Positions 50,971 to 63,052 of a stretch of 64,000 bases of DNA are shown in pieces. A program made the position numbers and the translations under genes. The DNA lies in NCBI RefSeq assembly GCF_006345805.1, contig NC_043006.1:2666001-2730000 (forward strand), written 5' to 3'. Origin of the DNA: Octopus sinensis. Lineage: Eukaryota. How positions within the stretch are numbered: the stretch's first letter is position 1; the number at the start of each line of letters is the position of its first letter. Under the pieces are notes generated by a model, which worked only from the letters and a program-made list of their open reading frames with translations, ran no database searches and had not been told where the DNA came from.

Positions 50971-51021
<51 letters not shown>

Positions 51022-51080
51022 TATATATATGATATATATACATATATATATAGATATACATATATATATATATATGCATG

Positions 51081-51162
<82 letters not shown>

Positions 51163-51187
51163 CTATGATATATATAATATATATTAT
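50868..51187. repeat. Long compound (TA)n/(CA)n tract
   Basis: Directly visible. Confidence 0.95.
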
Positions 51188-51481
51188 ATCATCATCATCA
51201 TTTCATGTCCGTTTTCCATGCTGGCAATGGTTGGATGGTTTGACTGAGGTCCGAAGAGCCAGCAGCTGCACCAGGCTCCAATCTGATCTGGCAATGTTTC
51301 TACAGCTGGATGCCCTTCCTAATGCCAACCACTCCGAGAGTGTAGTGGGTGCTTTTTATGTGCCACCGGCACAGGAGCCATTCATGTAGGCCTGGCATCG
51401 ATGGTGCTTTTTACATGCTACTAGCATGGGAGCCAGTCAGGCAGACCTTGCATTGACCATGTTTGGATGGTGCTTTTTATG

Positions 51482-51538
<57 letters not shown>

Positions 51539-51547
51539 CATATACAT

Positions 51548-52435
51548 GTGTGTGCTCCCTTCTCTTCTCTATGCCTGTGAGACGTGGGTCACATATCAAT
51601 ACCACCTAAAACAACTGGAACGTTTCCATCAGATGTGTCTCAGACGGATCTATGGCATTAAGTGGAAGGACCGCATCAGTGATCTTGAAATACTGGAAGG
51701 CTCTTGGTGTGAAAGTATAGAAGCTCTTGTGTTAAAGCAAAGGCTCAGATGGAGTGGTCATCTGGTCAGGTTGAAGGATTCAAGGATGCCAAAACAACTC
51801 TTTTATGGAGAGTTAGCTAAAGGAGAATGACCTCCACATAAACCAAAAAAGAGGTATAAGGACTTGCTGAAGGCTTCCTTAAGAGATGCTTGCATCTCTC
51901 CTGACACATGGGAAGGCATAGCTATTGATATTAGCAGGTGGAGAAGGATTGTGCACCAGGGGACAGCCACTTTTGAGAAATCTTGAGTCGTACATGAGAA
52001 AGTAAGGAGGGATGTCAGGAAGGGCATAGCTGCTACACTTCCAGATGGGAAGGGTCTTCCTATGATGCTGACATGCAGTGTCTGTGCAAGACCCTGCCTC
52101 AGTAAAGCTGGACTCAAGAGTCATCTTTGTAGTCATAAAACGAGACAGATGAGTGACAACCTGGCCACTGGTGGTGGTGTAACAGACCATACTAATCATA
52201 TCTGTCGGGCATGTGGAAGAGAGTGTAATTTGGCAGGAGGACTTAAACGACATTCAAAGGTACATGAAGCCCAGTTACAACTACAGATGGCTATTGCCAG
52301 TAAAGGTTTTAGCTGCCAATTCTGTACAAGACATTGTAGATCTTTAGCTGGGCTAAAAAGTCACATTCGATCACAGCACCAATAACAGTTAAGCTTCGTG
52401 CAATGGCCATACTCGATAACGAGGGGGCAGCCATC
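51548..52435 (+). mobile_element. 3' part of an RTE-clade LINE whose ORF ends in three C2H2 zinc fingers
   Basis: VLPSLLYACETW, LERFHQMCLRRI, RLRWSGHLVR, RMPKQLFYGEL are RTE C-terminal motifs. The same frame, through two TGA stops at 51828 and 51984, continues into CSVC..HLCSH, CRAC..HSKVH, CQFC..HIRSQH. Confidence 0.88.
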
Positions 52436-53116
52436 ATACATATGTATCATCATCATCATCATCATCATCGTTTAATGTCCGCTCTCCATGCTAGCATGGG
52501 CTGGATGGTTCAACTGGGGTCTGGGAAGCCAGAAGGCTGCACCAGGCCCAGTCTGATCTGGCAGTGTTTCTACAGCTGGATGCCCTTCCTAATGCCAACC
52601 ACTCCGTGAATGTAGTGGATGCTTTTTACGTGTCACCGGCACAGGTCCCAGAAGAGGCTGGCAAACGGCCACGATTGGATGGTGCTTTTTACGTGCCACC
52701 GGCACGGGGGCCAGGCGAGGCTGGCAACGGCCATGATCGGCTGATGCTTTTTATGTGCCACCGGCACGTTCGGATGGTTCGCTTCCATGCCACCGGCACT
52801 GGTATCACAGCTACAATTTGCATTGATGTTGATTGATTTCGATTTTGATTCTGATTTCCACTTGCCTCAACAGGTCTTCACAAGTAGAGTTTTGAGTCAT
52901 CACTTGATAACCGATGTTGGTGTGTTTGCCTCCCAGTTTTCCAAAGGTGACCGATAGAATAAGTACTGGTATTACCAAAAATATGTCCTGGGGTCAATTT
53001 GTTCAACCCTTTACGGCAGTAATCTAGCATGGCTGCAGTCATGTGAATGAAACAAGTAAAGGTAAAAGAATAAAAGAAAGAATATATACATGTATGAATG
53101 AAAGAGAGTGAGAACC

Positions 53117-53121
<5 letters not shown>

Positions 53122-53188
<67 letters not shown>
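53122..53188. repeat. (GA)n microsatellite
   Basis: Directly visible. Confidence 0.97.
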
Positions 53189-53192
<4 letters not shown>

Positions 53193-54713
53193 TGACAAAA
53201 AGAAAAATTAAGCAAGTGGGTGAGAGACAATGAAAATGGATGAGAATAATTCCTCAGTTTTAAGTAGATCTGAGTATATTCCGCTATTGGAGGTCATCCA
53301 AGATTGTTAGTGATGAGTTACAGTTAATCCCTGGTAGAATATCTATAGAAACATTTCGCTTAAAATGTCTATAATTTTTTCTCTTTCTTCACTATTTTAA
53401 TCCATCATTAACTTTACTTTGAATGTTTATCTGTAAAATCTTCTTTGTTTAAGAAATTGTTTCATATTATTTGATTCCAGTAAATAGTATTTTTTTTACT
53501 TTCCATTTTGTAATTTTTTTATCCGTTTTTGCATGTGTGTGTGTGTGTGTGTGTAAGGTATGTTACTGACTGATATAATAAATTGCAAACCATTTAAATA
53601 ATACTTGTTTTTAATAATTTTATTTTGCTTTATATTTAATTATGATTCCATAATTAACCATATTTCCTCTATCACCTGTAATCACCACACACACACACAT
53701 GCATACACACACATGTATACACACACAAGCACACACACACTTATACATGCACACACAAACATGCACACACACACGTGTGTGCCCACACTCACAAGCTCAC
53801 AAACACACACAAACAGATGCAGGAATACCTGTTTTGCTTATAAAACAGAGCATGAATCTCAGAGTAACAACAGAATGAGACCTTAGATCACTCGAGGTAC
53901 GAATAAACTGTATCACATGTATTAAACTCATTTTTGCCAGCTGAGTGGACTGGAGCAACGTGAAATGAAGTGTTTTGCTCAAGAACACAATGCATCGCCT
54001 GGTCCAAGAATTGAAACGACAGTCTTACAATCGTGAGTCTAACACCTTAACCACTAAGCCATGCACCTCCACATCAGTTTCCAAATAAGGCAATATTTCC
54101 CATGACCGGACACGTTTTCATGGAAGATTGGAAATGAAGGACACCGCTTGCATGATGGTGACACTTGTTTACAACTATTACATGAAATCACAGCAAGGAT
54201 ACAGTAACACACACACACACGCATGCACGCAATGGGCTTCTTTCACTTTCTTTATCAAATCTGCTCATAAAGCTTTGGTTGACCCAAAGATATAGTAGAA
54301 GACTATTGCCCTAGGTGCCACCCAGTGGAATTGAGCTCAAAGCTCTGTGGATAGAAAGTAAACTTCTTACCGCGGAGCCACACCAGCACAAATTCAATAT
54401 ATCATACAAGATACACTGTGGCTCGAAAGTACTGAAATAAATTTAAATATTAGAAAGCTGAGGCCGGGATAATGAATTATATAAGAATGTAATTATATTC
54501 CTTCTTTACTTTCAAAAGATGGGGGGGGGGATCTCGTAACGGACTGTTTCATGATTTGTTGATCACTCCCCAGAGAAGGCTCACTCAATCTCCTGATAGA
54601 ATAGAGTGTTCAGTTATTATATATAAAGAAGTTGGCATTAAGCTAATTACTTTGGTAGATAATGCATATTTGTGCTTTAGATGACTCATCATTAAGTAAA
54701 CATATATATACAT

Positions 54714-54776
<63 letters not shown>

Positions 54777-55403
54777 TGGCCTGCTCGCTTAGCCAGCGGG
54801 GTGGCATCATTCAAAGGCTAAAAAACAATGCGAACGCATTATGACCAGCGATGTGTAACAACATCTGATGGTCTGGTCGGTCACGTAATCACGTGATATA
54901 TATATATATATATTATGCATAACTCAGAGGAAATCAAAAGTATTGAAATAAATTTTAATTTTTAAGTGCTTTAGCTGTGGCAATGAACTATATAAGAATA
55001 CAAATGCGTTATTTCTATGGTTTTGATAATGCAGAAAATAGGTGTGTGTGTGTTAAGAAAAAGGAGACAGACATCTGTCTATCTACCTACCTACCTACCT
55101 ACCTACCTATATATATATATATATATATGTGCATTAATAAAAAGGAGATAGAGTTTGAAAAACTATTTAGTGCCTTTGTCCCTTTTAGGGATCCCTCATG
55201 AATGATTTCTTATAGAAAATTTGTACCTTTTACCTGTATGTGAGTTGCACCCAGAAAAACTACACTTTCTTTCTCTGTCTCTGTCTTTCTTTCCTTCTTT
55301 CTTTCTTTCTTTCTTTAAAAACTCACATGTATACTTACACACACACACACACACACATATATCTGAGTTTGTATGATTGTGTATAGAAAAATGTATTAAT
55401 CAA

Positions 55404-55570
55404 TAGGCGCAGGAGTGACTGTGTGGTAAGTAGCTTGCTTACCAACCACATGGTTCCGGGTTAAGTCCTACTGTGTGGCACCTTAGGCAAGTGTCTTCTA
55501 CTATAGCCTTGGGCTGACCAAAATCTTGTGAGTGGATTTGGCAAACAGAAACGTAAAGAAGCCCGTTGTA

Positions 55571-55640
<70 letters not shown>

Positions 55641-55856
55641 ATATGTTTGTGTGTCTGTGTTTGTCCCCCCAACATCGCTTGACAACTGATGCCGGTGTGT
55701 TTACGTCCCTGTAACTTAGCGGTTTGGCAAAAGAGACCAATAGACTAAGTACTAGTCTTACAAAGAATGAGTCCTGGGGTTGATTTGCTCAACTAAAAGT
55801 AGTGCTCCAGCATGGCCGCAGTCAAATGAATGAAACACGTAAAAGAGTAAAAGAGT
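55404..55856 (+). mobile_element. SINE family 1
   Basis: ggcgcaggagtgactgtgtggtaag...gtaaaagagtaaaagag. Confidence 0.93.
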
Positions 55857-57243
55857 AATGTAATTCCAACATAGTCTGATTTTCATGTTTTATTATTTAC
55901 AACTTTTACAATTTTACGATATTATAATAATAGAATATTATATATTTATTGTGATAAGACTAACGCAATCACCAGGTGTATGTGATAGTAGTGACAGTAT
56001 TGTTCCATAATTGACAACTGTAGTTAAATGATTAAATTTCTCCTTTAAATACCTTCCGATGGGCTCCAGCAGACTGAATCTTATGAACTGTATTTTGACC
56101 AATCAAAATGCTTTGGTGAGCACACCAACTAAGTTCGAATTGTATTTCGACCAATCATTATGTGACTTAGATGTTATGGTTTGGAGAGTGTGCCAACATG
56201 GTTAGCATTTATCTCGCATTTTTCAACAAAATATTTTGGCCAATCGGTGTGCAGCTTTGACGTTATAGTTTGGTAGGCACGTCAAGGATTCTGTATTCAA
56301 TGTAAAAAGCATCCGGCACATTCTGTAAAGTGGTTGATGTTAAGAAGGGCACCAGCCATAGAAACCTAGCCAAATCAGACCGGAACCTATTTCCTGGCAC
56401 TGGTCAAACTGTCCAACCCATGCCAGTATGGAAAACAGACATTAAATGTTGATGATGATGAAATATTTTCAATTATGTAATTGCACCACCGGTGCAAATG
56501 TATTAATCTTTTAAAGAAGGATGAGAAGCTAACAACATCCATTTGACCAGGAGATGTTACAGATTATCATTTAATAATTATTGAGTACTATTTGTACTAT
56601 TATAATTCATTATAATTTATTTAAAAAGACTGATTTATCCCTCACTGTATTTGGTCAGCAAATCTTCCAAATCTTCTATCCATTATATCATCTATCTATA
56701 ATAAAATACTACTTTGTAAAGCATTGATCTTCGGAGAATAACCTGGGTGTGAAGTTTTAAACGCAAGACACTAAGATTAGGGTACTAAAAAGTAAAGCCA
56801 TGTTGATCGCCACCCTATTGCTCCCTCAGTATTTCTTGTTTGACGTGAAGAGTTTTTAGTAAGTGTTTTAATAACTGGCTGAAGAATGTTTGTACTGCTT
56901 GTAGACAGAATTGTTCTGCTGGGCCGTCTAATTGCAAAAACACAATCAGTGCTTATGGATCAATACTGTTTTCATTTGTAATGTATCATCCAGTCATATT
57001 TATCTCCTTTTGCTATACAACATTCTTCTCTAATGTGAGAATATAGTTTTCACTATTAAACAGTTAGTCAAAGTATATCTGTTTCTCTGTGTAACAAATG
57101 CCAGTAGAGAATATCGGATACCTAACAACTGACGACGATGATGATGGTGATGGTGATGGTGATGGTGGTAGAGTTGAAGATGATGTTGAGGATGATATTC
57201 TGTTTTAACCTTGAATAATCTTCTTTTATTCAGTATAGACAAA

Positions 57244-57620
57244 CTAGCAGTATCGCCCGGCGTTGCTCGGGTTTGTTTGGAATTTTTGAACAGTAAAGAT
57301 TTTGCATCATGTAGCTTCTTATTCTCTTTAAGTGAACATTTTTCTGGTTGAAATACACCGAAAAATGGCGACACAGCAGCCAAAAAATCGTAAAAAATAG
57401 GGATTTTCAAAGAAAAAAAGCACCTTTTTGATGTAAATAATTTTTGGTGTTAACATGGTCCGATTTGAATTTTTTCTTCTACGGAAGGAAGAGCAAGCCT
57501 TCTTCTATCATACTCTCAATTTTGGTCAACTTGTGCCGCAGGGTCTTGGAGGAGATAGTGTTAGTTGAAGGCTACCAAGCCTGCCGTACACAGATAACTT
57601 CAGCTTTATATATAGAGAGA
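57244..57620 (-). mobile_element. Non-autonomous Helitron sharing termini with 33837-34211
   Basis: Same terminal ctagcagtatcgcccggcgttgctcgggtttgt (3' hairpin + CTAG on minus) and tttatatatagagaga|t 5' end; interior differs. Confidence 0.8.
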
Positions 57621-58405
57621 TGTGTAAGGTGATGAGCTGAGAGAATCGCTAGCATGCTGGGCTAATGTCTTGACATTCTTAGTTCAAATCCTGCTGAGGT
57701 CAAATCTGCCTTTCATCATTTCAGGGTTGATAAAATAAGTCCCAATTGAGCATTGGGGTCGATGTAATTGACTTACCTGCTCCTCTGAAATTTCTGGCCC
57801 TGCACCAGAATTGGAGACCAATGCATACAAGCAAGAAAAGGAAGACTTTTCCTTCCCTCTTTGTAGTGTTGCTCTTGTTGCTAACATCACTTTTCTCGTG
57901 AATTGATTGAGTTATGATTAGAATAATTATTGTGGATCTCCAATTTACTATTTCGTAACATGGACAAAAAAAATCTTATATGGCCCCAGAGGGGCCATAT
58001 AGATCCCGGTTGCGAACCACTGCTCTAACCTCCCATCACCTGGTACAAAGCCACCTCCCTCAATATTTACTCCCTGCCCTCATTTGAGGGGTTTTGTCCT
58101 CTAAATTACTTGGTGACCTCCCTGCTGCTGGTCCCATATAAAAGCACCCAGTACACACTCTGCAAAGTGGTTGGCATTAGGAAGCTATAGAAGCCAGGCC
58201 AAGGCAGCCGGCAGAGCTTGGCACAGTCTTCTGGAGTGTCAGCTCTTATCAAATCATTCAACAAGAATAGAAGGAGGACACTAAATGATGACCATACTGA
58301 AATATTATATAGCTATGTAATGTTATTTTATTTTATATATATATGTATATTTATACACACACACACACACACCACACACACATATATCAATATATATATA
58401 TATAT

Positions 58406-58443
<38 letters not shown>

Positions 58444-58624
58444 TGATTTTTTTCCTCCGTCTTCCCTTCCTTGGATCTTTCCATTTCCTATGTTTCTGAC
58501 AAAGAGCTCCGCTTCAAACGTTAAATCCTCCTTCTTTCTTTCCTTTTCTGAGCGTCCAATAACACTATACTTGTTCCATGTCCTCGTGTTGTGTTTTCTC
58601 TTTGTGTTTTCATGTTTGGATTAA

Positions 58625-58664
<40 letters not shown>

Positions 58665-58666
58665 GT

Positions 58667-59103
58667 ATATAAATATATGAAAGAATGGAGTTGAACGACG
58701 AATTAACAAAAATTCCTTTATTTTCGACATACGTTTCGAAGGCTGCATATTCCTAATTGCGATGGAATAAGGAGTACATTATGCCACTTTCTCATCAGGA
58801 AAAACAAGGAACTTATGTCAACATAAGTTCCTTGTTTTTCCTGATGAGAAAGCGGCATAATATACTCCTTATTCCTTCGCAATTAGAAGAATGCAGCCTT
58901 CGAAACATATGTCGAAAATAAAGGAATTTTGTTAATTCGTCGTTCAACTCCATTCTTTCATATATTTATATTTAAAAAAAAAACATACAAATTTCCACAC
59001 GAAAGCACGTAACTTCAAACGTGTCTTCTCTGATGTGAATTTGCTACCCAGGTATCGGTTAACCGAATTATCCATAACAAGATAATTCATTCAACTACTC
59101 AAA
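58667..59103 (+). mobile_element. Penelope-like pseudo-LTR remnant: palindrome with a complete HHR in each arm, plus 3' tail
   Basis: Arms 58667-58818 and 58821-58971, 2-nt spacer, a handful of mismatches; tail to 59103; (TA)n both sides. Confidence 0.78.
58828..58926 (+). ncRNA. Type I hammerhead ribozyme (mirror copy on minus strand 58713-58811)
   Basis: UUCCUUGUUUUUC-CUGAUGA-[GAAAGCGGCAU...AUGCAGCCUUC]-GAAA-CAUAUG-UC^-GAAAAUAAAGGAA; canonical core with imperfect but extensive stem I and II pairing. Confidence 0.85.
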
Positions 59104-59105
59104 TA

Positions 59106-59147
<42 letters not shown>

Positions 59148-59416
59148 CTTTCGTATTTTCCAATCTGTTTACATACAATATACGAAATGTATTTTCTGAT
59201 CAGTCCTGACTTAATAATGATTTAATTGTTTTTTTGTGGATTGTAAAAAAATAACCAAACTATGTGTTTCTAAAGAATCGGAGTGATTGATGAGAGCTCA
59301 TTACCTCTCATGGTTGTGCAATGGAAGAGAAACATGGACAATTCAGATTGGATGCAGCACTTATTATTATTATTAAACAATGAATATGAATTTAGAATTA
59401 CTGATGTAAAAACCAA

Positions 59417-59463
<47 letters not shown>

Positions 59464-60017
59464 ATTTGTGAGAGAGTGATAAAATTATGATGTGTCTACA
59501 ATATTTTAATGGCATTGTACAGATAAGTTTGTATCTGTAGAACAATCTGTTTAAAAATATTAATTCATATTTACTATTCATTACCAATTCAAACATTGCT
59601 AATATAGAATTCAATACCACCTTTGGGTTACTTAAAAATAAATTGAATTAATTTGAAGGTTACTATTTTTAGTGTGAAAGTATCATGAGGGAAAGATTTC
59701 GCCATAGAACCTTCATCTTTGCTGTAACAACACAAACAACATGCAAAATAATATGTGGAAATAATTGATACTCTTTCCTTCTTTTCTTCTTTTGCTTGTT
59801 TCAAAGGTGCTGAGCTGGCAGAAACATTACCATGCCAGGTGAAATGTGTAGTGGTATTTCGTTTGTCTTTATGTTCTGAGTTCAAATTCCACTGAGGTTG
59901 ACTTTGCCTTTCATCCTTTCGGGGTCAGTGAATTAAGTACCAGTTGTGTACTGGGGTCGATCTAACCGACTGGCCCCGTCCCCTAAAATTTTGACCTTGT
60001 GCCTAGAGTAGAAAAGA

Positions 60018-60227
60018 TTCTTTTGCTTGTTTCAGTCATTTGACTGCAGCCATGTTGGTACAGCACCTTAAAGGGTTTTAGTTGAAGAAATCAGCATTCT
60101 TTGTAAGCCTGCTACTTATTCTGTCGGTCTCTTTTTCCAAACTGCTAAGTTATGCAGATATAAACACACCAACATTGGTTGTCAACTGATGGTGAGGGGA
60201 CAAACACAGACATACATAAATATATAT

Positions 60228-60260
<33 letters not shown>

Positions 60261-60525
60261 CACGCACACTCGTATACATATATATACACACACATACATA
60301 TATACATATATATACACACACATGCACACACAGACACACACACATATATACATACATACACAATGGGCTTCTTTCAGTTTCCATCTACCAAATCCACTCA
60401 CAAGGCTTTGGTCAGCCCGAGGCTATAGTAGAAGATACTTGCCCAAGGTGCCATGCAGTGGGACTGAACCTGGAACCATGTGGTTAGGAAGCAAGCTTCT
60501 AACCACACAGCTTCGCTTGCACCTA
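60018..60525 (-). mobile_element. SINE family 1
   Basis: Full match to family. Confidence 0.9.
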
Positions 60526-60934
60526 TATATGTAAGATTACTGAAGGATCTCAGACAATCAGAGTAGGTATAATGGTAAGTGTGAAAAGAAGGCAGATTAT
60601 CACAAAACGTAGGGCAATAGTAACATAATAGTGAGACTTCAATGAAGGAAATATGTGTTTTCTTTGTGAATTCTATTTTATAATCTTTCAAATTTGCTTC
60701 ATCATGAAACTATTTTGTTTAAAAAACACAGAAGCACATTTGCCATCCAATTTTACTTTCCCCATAACTGAAATGAAATTTAGAAAAAAAGATGAATTGC
60801 TTATCGTTTGGCACATGATAATGGCTTTAGTAAATCATCATCATCATCGTCGTCATGATATGATGATGATCATCATCATCGTTTAATGTTTGCTTTCAAT
60901 GCTGGTATGGGTTTGATGTAAATATATATATATA

Positions 60935-62563
60935 CAGTTGCCGCCAAAATGTTCAGAACGGCATTGTTTTCATCAGAAAAGTAGGTATAAGTTTTTATCA
61001 AAGTTGTTTTATATTCTATAATTTTCACAGACAATAAATACGATATGAGTTGTTATTGTCTGAGATTTTGGTGTAATTTGAGAGGATAATACAAAAGTTA
61101 TGGATGATTTAATGATTTACTGCAAAACCCATGGCGGCCAAAATGATCAGAATGGTTGCTTTTACTCCGTGTTTTAGTATATTTAACCATCGAACTCTAA
61201 TGTTTTGAATTTGTTTACATGACGGTTCGTTTACTAAACATTAGTAAGAATATTTGCAGTGTACTTTGTTAATATAATGCCACTTACTCCGTTACCAATT
61301 CATCAGCAGATTATTAAGCTTCGAAACAAGGATAATTTAAGTATTGGGTCTATTGCAAAGATTGTTAACAAGTCAAAAAGTGTTGTTCACGGTATTCTTA
61401 AGGTCTACAATGATTGTGGTTCGTGCGGAGCAAGAAAGTCTACATGTAGGCCAAGAAAAACGACCAAGAGAGAAGATCGTGCTATAGTAAAGTTGGTTAA
61501 AAAGGACAGATTTAAAACTGCTGCTGCTGTTTCTCGGGAAATGAGCATTGTACTGAAGAAAACTTTATCTTGAAAAACTGTTTCTCATCGTTTAGTTGAA
61601 CATGACCTACAAGCAAGAGCACCTGCAGTGAAGCCACTGATCAGTTCTAAGAATAAAAAGTGTCATCTTACCTTTGCAACCAAACATGTGTTGTGGTCTC
61701 AAGAAAAATGGCAAACAGTGCATTTCAGTGATGAATCTAAGTTTATGCTATTTGGCTCAGATGGGAAAAGGTACGTTCGTAGAAAAGTAGGTGAAAAATT
61801 GTTGCCTAAATGCCTTAAGACTAGTGTTAAATTCAGTGGAGGAAGTGTCATGGTTTGGGGGATGATATCTGGAGATGGTGTGGGCCCTTTGGTGCGATTA
61901 CATGGAAAGGTAAATGCAGGAGTTTATAAACAACTTGTAAAAGATCATGTCTGGCCTGTGATGAGAAATTCAACTAAGCAGCCACCCATATTCATGCAGG
62001 ACAATGCCCCATGTCACAAAGCTAAAGTGGTCATGAACTTCCTCAAGGCTGAAAAGGTTATTGTTATGGATTGGCCTGCTCAAAGCCCAGATCTCAATCC
62101 TATTGAAAATGTGTGGAATATTCTAGGAGAACGTTCGAAAGCCAGAAATCCTAAAACAACTGAGCAATTATGGAATGCCCTCTAGGAAGAATGGAATAAG
62201 ATCACCCAGCAAGAAATTGAAAATTTAATTTCCTCATGCAGTCGAAGATGTCAAAGTGTGATTGAAGCTAAAGGGCTTCACACTAAATATTAAATAATTC
62301 CAGTATTCTCTGTCATTTTTGATTATTTTGTTATCTTTTCAACCATTCTGATAATTTTGGCTGCCATGGGTTTTGCAGTAAATCACTAAATCATCCATAA
62401 TTTTTGTATTATCCTCTCAAATTACACTAAAATCTCAGACAATAACAATTAATATTGTATTTATTATCTGTGAAATTTATAGAATATAATACAACATTGA
62501 TAAAAACTTATACCTACTTTTCTGACGAAAACAATGCCGTTCTGAACATTTTGGCCGCAACTG
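60935..62563 (+). mobile_element. Full-length Tc1-family transposon with long IR/DR-type TIRs
   Basis: TA|cagttg...caactg|TA; ~220-bp TIRs (60935-~61158, ~62340-62563), each with an inner direct repeat of the terminal gccaaaatg.tcagaa.gg motif. Confidence 0.95.
61277..62293 (+). pseudogene. Tc1 DD34E transposase pseudogene (338 codons, no frameshift, two in-frame stops)
   Basis: Paired-like HTH N-terminus, FSDESKF, QDNAPCH, SPDLNPIENVW with 34 residues between the second D and E; stops at 61571 (TGA) and 62183 (TAG). Confidence 0.93.
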
Positions 62564-63052
62564 TATATAAAATGGAATAAGCAGGACAGGAGGAGACATG
62601 GGACAGAGAGTTACTTACGAGGTCACAAAATGTGTGACAAACCAACTTTGAGAGACAAACTAAAAATAATACAAATAAAAGCTAACAGGAAGATCAATTA
62701 GTGTGGGTTTAATTGACAAAAGACCCCCCCACCCCCCAAAAAACAACCATTCCAGGTATTATAATATGTACTCACACACACACACACACATCAATTAGGG
62801 TAATTAGCTTTGTATTATTTATTTATTCTACATCAATGAGATTCCCAATTAAGTTTGGAATATACCTATTTCTTTCTAAATATCCATATTCCACACAGTA
62901 GATTTTTATCCTTTTTCACTTTTCCTTAACCGTTTGCTTACATGTAAGATATACATTAAATGCCAAACTTTCATAGCTTCCATGATAGGAAGCTATGAAA
63001 CCACGGCACAAGGAAACCAATCTGCATCATAATAATTCCTGCTGCATCTATA

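Noticed and set aside
52062-52385. Host C2H2 zinc-finger gene
   Set aside because: In frame with RTE LINE C-terminal motifs; lacks TGEKP linkers.
55404-55480. tRNA genes at SINE heads
   Set aside because: A/B-box-like motifs run directly into SINE bodies; no complete cloverleaf seen.
2539-60534. Dozens of ORFs rich in CV, HT, IY, SL or poly-H/I/L
   Set aside because: Translations of microsatellites, not genes.
4648-60691. Recurring ORFs such as STKSTHKAL, EDTCPRCHAVGLN, LDALPNANH
   Set aside because: Incidental translations of SINE and RTE-tail repeats.
62969-63000. 13-bp perfect hairpin tttcatagcttcc/ggaagctatgaaa
   Set aside because: Isolated; no HHR core, no second copy, no context suggesting function.
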